IMG/VR virus record: IMGVR_UViG_3300018475_000004
From: a virus
Lineage: Duplodnaviria > Heunggongvirae > Uroviricota > Caudoviricetes
Reading direction: 5' to 3' (one strand)
Length of the DNA: 64,000 nucleotides
Position numbers and translations under genes: made by a program. Shown in pieces: positions 59,002 to 64,000 of this stretch. The notes beneath the pieces were generated by a model. The model made no database searches and was not told the DNA's origin. It worked only from the letters and a program-made list of their open reading frames with translations. How positions within the stretch are numbered: the stretch's first letter is position 1; each line of letters begins with the position of its first letter.

Positions 59002-59771
59002 AGAGGTTCAAACCTCTAAAAAATGAATACCATTCGCTGCGAATATAGGCGGGGCATCCTTTCATTCCCAAAGTCCTCGTAGGGTAAAACGTGAGAACTG
59101 CTCCTATGGCTGAAGGTTCTCGGTGGTATTTGAACTAAATAAGGTTTCACTCCGCCTGGTGACTGTGGTGAAACGATATATCCCGACCCGTGCTGATACG
59201 TATCAGATATTTAGTTCGACGCCCCATATGCGTTAATATGGTAGGTTTTCTTTTGACTTTTACCTCAAGCACATAGTTTGATTTTTTCGCTAAAAAGTCA
59301 AAGAGCAGTTTAGTGTTAAAAAGAAAGTGAGACCTTTACTTATAGTCTACGGTCTGTAAGATAAAGTAATCTCCGCTAAGTTGCGCTTCCCCAGACGAAT
59401 AAATAAATCTGAGCGCCTCTATCGCGAAATGGATAGATGATATTGGGTAGCGATAATTGATTGCAGATTTGCCAACTGCCTTAATGTATAATGATATTAG
59501 AAATCTTGTAGGAACTGACATAGCACATGGACCCCAATTCCATGGTCAGGCAACGAAAAGCAAAAGGTGAATACAAGTGGAAAATCCATATTGAATGATG
59601 ATAAGAGCCGATGGTAAATTAGAAGCAGGTCGGTAGTATATGGCGACTCGTTGTAGTCAGCGCATATAAAGTAGGCTCAAGTTAGATTTCAATGTGGATT
59701 TTTTCTATCCTTTTTACTTTGAAAAGTTGATTTTCTAAAAAATTTTTTGTATAATATATACATAAGAAATA

Positions 59772-59838
59772 AAGGCTCACACAGCAACTAATTTTATGAT
59801 GCAGACTTAAAATCCGTTTATCAGAAAAGCGAGCCTTG
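59772..59838 (+). ncRNA. ACAGCAA cassette 9, cargo Leu(TAA)-like anticodon stem-loop
   Basis: AAGGCTC/GAGCCTT stem; GCAGA-CTTAAAA-TCCGT on TGAT/ATCA stem. Confidence 0.8.
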
Positions 59839-59842
59839 ATAT

Positions 59843-59918
59843 GCCAGTATAGCGTAATTGGCAGCGCAACTGACTTGTAATCAGTAGGTTGTCGGTTCGA
59901 GTCCGACTACTGGCTCCA
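59843..59918 (+). tRNA. tRNA-Thr(TGT)
   Basis: Cloverleaf, U73, CCA. Confidence 0.92.
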
Positions 59919-59946
59919 TAAGTTTTATATAGAAAGGATGATTCCA

Positions 59947-60726
59947 ATGCAGGGTGCTATATTTTCAGGTTATGATGCCCGAGATTACAAATTGGTTTAC
60001 ACCGCTTCTGGCGTAGAATTCCCCGCTGAATTTGAGCTGAAGATGCGTGGTATTAAGAATTAGGGTGCGGTCGGCAGCTGTGTCGCTCACTCTTTAGCTA
60101 GTATTATCGAATACTACAACTATACTCAAACTGGTGATCCCAGTGAAATGAGTGTAGGCTATATTTACGGAAACCGTAATACTTCTGACTATAAAGAGTC
60201 AGGTATGATTATGCGTGATGCTCTTGAAGTTGTTCGTAAATATGGCGACGTCAAATATGATTTATTCCCTTACAATCGTGAAGTCCCCGAAATGATTGAT
60301 CTTTATGAGCGTCAGGGTAAGAAATTATTCAAGCAAGGTTATCCCAACCGCATTAGTCAGTATGCTCGTGTTACCAGTTTCAATGCAGTAAAGGCTGCTT
60401 TGATGGCTGGCAATCCTGTTCTAATGGCTATGTGCTGGTTCGCTGATATGGAAGTTGATGATGAAGGTGTTCTACGCACTGAATTTAAAGGCTACGATGG
60501 CGGACATTGTATGTTCATCTATGGCTGGGATGAGCGTGGCTGGAAGGTCCAGAACTCTTGGGGTGAAGATTGGGGAAATCATGGATGTATGATTATTCCT
60601 TACGATATGCCCATCGAAGAAGTTTGGACTTTGACCGATAATGTAATTGAGAATACTAAGACTAAGAAACCCCATAAGTGTATCGCAAAAGTATGTAATG
60701 CTATTTCTAAAATTTTCAAAAAGTAA
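59947..60726 (+). CDS. C1 (papain-family) cysteine peptidase (code 15, 259 aa)
   Basis: IKN*GAVGSCVAHS (TAG 60061-60063 at oxyanion Gln), GGHCM, VQNSWG motifs. Confidence 0.92.
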
Positions 60727-60739
60727 TAAGAGGTAAATT

Positions 60740-61105
60740 ATGATTTTCGATGAGAACAAGTACAAGTGTTATGGTTATGACGAGAAGAATGAGGACGGTT
60801 CCATCCGTTGTCATTGTGTCGTCGCAATTTCTTCCTATGCTGGCAAGCCTGTAAAGGGTTACGCTAAGTGCCATCCTAATGACCAGTGGGACTGGGAAAA
60901 GGGTAAGGCTCTGGCTATCGCTCGCTGCGCCGAGAAGATCGCTGTGAAGCGCGCCAATCGTGCAAACGCAAAGCTGGCTGAGGCTCAGGATATTCTGGCA
61001 GACGCTATCGCTCATATGAACGATATGCTGAACTACTACATGGATTCCGGCGACGAAGTTATGCTAACCAACACCATGAAGAACGAGATTTTGGCTCATA
61101 TGTAA
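60740..61105 (+). CDS. Conserved hypothetical phage protein
   Basis: YAGKPVKGYAKCHPND.WD.EKGK.LA.ARC motif. Confidence 0.7.
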   Translation: MIFDENKYKCYGYDEKNEDGSIRCHCVVAISSYAGKPVKGYAKCHPNDQWDWEKGKALAIARCAEKIAVKRANRANAKLAEAQDILADAIAHMNDMLNYYMDSGDEVMLTNTMKNEILAHM

Positions 61106-61144
61106 TTATATAGAAGGGGCATTATGCCCCTTCAATAGAGTTAT

Positions 61145-61233
61145 GGACAGGTGGTAGAGTCTGGCTTATTACACCGGTCTTGAAAACCGGCGGGCGTAAT
61201 GCTCCGGGGGTTCGAATCCCTCCCTGTCCGCCA
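61145..61233 (+). tRNA. tRNA-Ser(TGA)
   Basis: Type II cloverleaf, G73, CCA. Confidence 0.9.
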
Positions 61234-61343
61234 TCATTTGTAGTTCAAGAAGAAGAATACCCCGTTCCGGAACTTTTTGGGGAGATCTCTTGCGCTACCC
61301 GCCAAGAGCAAATGAGCCTATAAAATTTAGAGAGGATGATTTT

Positions 61344-61667
61344 ATGATTGGTGTTTACAATCGTGATGTATCAATTCGTAAGGCTTTAAGAAAGCGTAGA
61401 ATCGATCAGCAACACAAGACAAGTTGGAATAATGGAGAACCTGTTACCTGGTATGACAACCTTCACCAGTATTCTAAAAATAAAATCCATTCATCTCATT
61501 ATACCTCCCGCACCCGCAACAAGGGTTCCAGGAGAATAAAGTATGGAAATTATGACCGCGCTATCCATTACAGTGCGGCCGATATGCGGAAGGTCCTTGC
61601 GATGGACGAAGATATGCGGGAGGCTGGCTATCACGCGCCTCGACACAAGCGTTGTCGTTTCGCATAA
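61344..61667 (+). CDS. Basic hypothetical protein
   Basis: 107 aa, R/K-rich, RBS GAGGA. Confidence 0.6.
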   Translation: MIGVYNRDVSIRKALRKRRIDQQHKTSWNNGEPVTWYDNLHQYSKNKIHSSHYTSRTRNKGSRRIKYGNYDRAIHYSAADMRKVLAMDEDMREAGYHAPRHKRCRFA

Positions 61668-61849
61668 TGGGACGCCGCAAGAAAAGACCTGAACTATCTT
61701 ATCACTTCTGGCTTGATACAGATGGATGCTGGTTCTGCAAGAAGAAAAATGCCTGCGGTGGATGTAAAGTATTGAAGCGCTACATCCATGAAAAAGAGAG
61801 AAGTCAGAGAAAAATTTCTCGTGACGAGAAGCGTTGGCTTGACTTTTGA
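61667..61849 (+). CDS. Small basic Cys-cluster protein
   Basis: 60 aa, CWFC..CGGC, TAATG coupling. Confidence 0.6.
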   Translation: MGRRKKRPELSYHFWLDTDGCWFCKKKNACGGCKVLKRYIHEKERSQRKISRDEKRWLDF

Positions 61850-61875
61850 AATTTTTTTTAGTATAATAAATACAT

Positions 61876-62012
61876 AAGGCACATACAGCAATACATTTTT
61901 CAAAATTTAAGGCTGTCAACCCGTAGGCTGCAGGTTCGAGTCCTGTCCCCGTCTCCACGGCGGGGTAGCTCAAGTGGTAGAGCAACGTAAAACGATTTTG
62001 TGATGTGTCTTG
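61876..62012 (+). ncRNA. ACAGCAA cassette 10 carrying circularly permuted tRNA-Asp(GTC)
   Basis: AAGGCAC/GTGTCTT stem; 3' part 61911-61957 ending CCA precedes 5' part 61959-61987. Confidence 0.88.
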
Positions 62013-62023
62013 ATTTATTATAC

Positions 62024-62098
62024 TGCGGTGTCGTTCAAAGGTCAGGACAGGGGTCTCTAAAACCTCGGATGTGAGTTCGATTCTCACCGCCGCTGCCA
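62024..62098 (+). tRNA. Amber suppressor tRNA (anticodon CTA), probably Gln
   Basis: GGGGT-CTCTAAA-ACCTC arm, U1:U72 mismatch, G2-C71, G73, CCA. Confidence 0.9.
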
Positions 62099-62166
62099 AA
62101 GAGATCGTAATTGATTTTTATAAAAAAAAATGATATAATATATACATAAGAGATAAGGAAATAAAA

Positions 62167-62261
62167 AAGGCTCTTACAGCAAGTCTTAAACTTGGATAAT
62201 AAAATTTTTTCTGTACAAAATTTTTAGTAGGTTCGAGTCCTACAAACTATCAAGAGCCTTG
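62167..62261 (+). ncRNA. ACAGCAA cassette 11, cargo D-armless tRNA-like element (GTA loop plus T arm)
   Basis: AAGGCTC/GAGCCTT stem; CTGTACA loop; GTAGG-TTCGAGT-CCTAC. Confidence 0.75.
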
Positions 62262-62268
62262 TCTAAAT

Positions 62269-62355
62269 CCCGGCGTGGTGGAATTGGTAGACACAAGGGA
62301 CTTAAAATCCCTCGGTGGCGACACCGTACCGGTTCGAGTCCGGTCGCCGGGACCA
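62269..62355 (+). tRNA. tRNA-Leu(TAA)
   Basis: Type II cloverleaf, CCA. Confidence 0.92.
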
Positions 62356-62434
62356 CGAATCTTAAATAGAAAGGACTGAGTCCAATGTGGAGGTTTACTG
62401 TCTTCTAACTTCAACAAAAGGAGGTTAGAAGTAA

Positions 62435-62734
62435 ATGAGTAGGTCCTACAAGCACACTCCCCGATCCGGGGATAAGAAGGACAAGTATTTCAAAAGATAT
62501 TCCAACCATAAAATCCGCCGTCTTCCCATCGACGAGCATTCCGCAAAGGGTAAGGCTTATAAAAAAGTTTTACACGATTATTTGATTTGCGACTATGAGA
62601 CAGTCGGCACTTCTTTTGAGCAATATTGGAAGCGTCTCGTCAAAAGATGGCATGAATGGGAATGGCGTTATGCGCCATATCCTGATCGCAATGAGGCATA
62701 TCAAGAATATTGTCGTTGGTACATTCGCAAATGA
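62435..62734 (+). CDS. Basic hypothetical phage protein (MSRSYKHTP)
   Basis: 99 aa, AAGGAGG RBS. Confidence 0.7.
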   Translation: MSRSYKHTPRSGDKKDKYFKRYSNHKIRRLPIDEHSAKGKAYKKVLHDYLICDYETVGTSFEQYWKRLVKRWHEWEWRYAPYPDRNEAYQEYCRWYIRK

Positions 62735-62854
62735 GTTGATTTTTCAAAAAAATTTTTGTATAATATAAATACAAGGAAAAAAGAAAATCTTCTCCCCTTT
62801 CTTTAAGTTCCTATCTTCTCGGGGGCATTCCTCGGAGTGCCCCACCTTTTCGAT

Positions 62855-62929
62855 GCGGGATTAGTACATCGGCTAGTGCGCCTGCCTTCCAAGCAGGATA
62901 GGAGGGTTCGATTCCCTTATCCCGCTCCA
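62855..62929 (+). tRNA. tRNA-Gly(TCC)
   Basis: Cloverleaf, U73, CCA. Confidence 0.9.
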
Positions 62930-63048
62930 TTCTTAACTATCCCAGATTGTTGAACTGGGCCGGCAGGATAAAAACTTACCACTCGATGCATCACTAAAGT
63001 CGAAATTGAGCGTAGTGGTTTCGACAAATAAGGTTAAGAAATTTCAAT

Positions 63049-63218
63049 GAGAGCCATACAGCAAACAACTTTGCATAATGCAAAATCGCTACATCTGGTA
63101 GCTCTATCGTATTTTATCAAATACAATTTTAATGATCAAGAAAGAAGAATGGTTTTTTACTAAAACTCTTTCGGTTCTCTCAAAGTAATTTTATTAAGTC
63201 TTGGTGGTGAGGCTCTCG
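63049..63218 (+). ncRNA. ACAGCAA cassette 12, about 150-nt multi-hairpin cargo
   Basis: GAGAGCC-AT-ACAGCAA ... GGCTCTC-G. Confidence 0.72.
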
Positions 63219-63279
63219 ACACTCATCATCGCCCAGAAACTGATATAAACGAACGAGAGAATCATATATTTATTTGTGT

Positions 63280-63374
63280 AGGCACATCCAGCAAATAATA
63301 ACAAGAAAAAGACATTTTACATTTTAGACGATCAAAATATAAAAAACCTTTTACATAGTTATTTTTAGTGCCTC
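63280..63374 (+). ncRNA. ACAGCAA cassette 13 (CCAGCAA variant), AU-rich cargo
   Basis: AGGCAC-AT-CCAGCAA ... GTGCCT; inner AATAAC/GTTATT stem. Confidence 0.65.
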
Positions 63375-63415
63375 GTGGGCGGAGGGCATCTACTCCGCCC
63401 AATTTTTCTTTATAT

Positions 63416-63492
63416 GCGCCGGTAGCTCAGTCGGTAGCAGCACCTGCCTTTTAAGCAGGGGGTCGTGGGTTCGAGCCCCGCCCGGCGCACCA
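63416..63492 (+). tRNA. tRNA-Lys(TTT)
   Basis: Cloverleaf with CCA. Confidence 0.9.
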
Positions 63493-64000
63493 ACCGGTTC
63501 TGCTTTTGCGCACGGGAGAAATTCCTCAGAACCGCCTTTTGGGACGAGTAAGGTTTTACAGTAGGGACTAAGTGGCAATCGGGTGTCTAGAAATTAGACC
63601 CGACCTAAGCCCTAAGATTAGCCTTTCTCGTTGTTTTTATCATATTTGATTTTTATAAAAAAATATGATATAATATTTATGTAAGATAAAGGAAGAAACA
63701 AATTACTGATTTCTTTACTGCTTACCGGCACTTAGCCATCCGACTGCCGTAAAATAGAGATGACCAAGCAATAAGTATTGCCGTTGTGAGTGAGGACGAC
63801 CGAGAAACTCACCAAGAGTAAACTTGACAATAAGAAAGCAAAGGGTAGCGCGATATTGTGCTAGAGTGCAGAAGGACAGTCCCGGCATAAAGCTAATGTT
63901 GGGTGACAGGCCGCTTGAGGTTGCACTGGAGAGGCGTCCGATTATGTGCTTATTGTAAAAATCCAAGAGGTTCAGCTGGCTTCTTGATTTATCCTTTTGG

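Overview
A 64-kb internal segment of a large tailed dsDNA phage, most likely infecting gut Bacillota/Clostridia (AGGAGG RBSs, sigma-A TTGACA-17-TG-TATAAT promoters, AbrB- and HPr-like genes). Layout: 1-11.8 kb minus-strand head-assembly operon (neck proteins, major capsid, scaffold/protease, portal, terminase); 12-14.1 kb small plus-strand operon with FolD; 14.4-27.9 kb block of about 30 near-consensus promoters, each driving one or two short genes; 28-31 kb strand-switch/putative origin region; 31-47 kb plus-strand hypothetical genes, peptidases and homing endonucleases; 47-64 kb RNA island with 34 intact tRNAs, a probable GOLLD RNA and many structured spacers. Two systems stand out. (1) TAG is reassigned to Gln: I count 15 in-frame TAGs in 10 genes, one at the oxyanion Gln of a papain-like protease, and a CUA suppressor tRNA lies at 62024-62098. 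(2) A 13-copy RNA cassette (7-bp covarying stem, NN, ACAGCAA, cargo, complementary stem, G; possibly the skipping-rope motif) carries tRNA-derived cargo: circularly permuted tRNAs (His, Asp, Tyr and a UCA/Trp-like one), whole CCA-less tRNAs, or bare anticodon stem-loops (Pro, Lys, Cys, Leu). A tRNA-Tyr with a 67-nt anticodon-arm insertion and a closed-acceptor permuted tRNA also lie in the island. All coordinates, pairings and family calls were made by eye; no searches were run.
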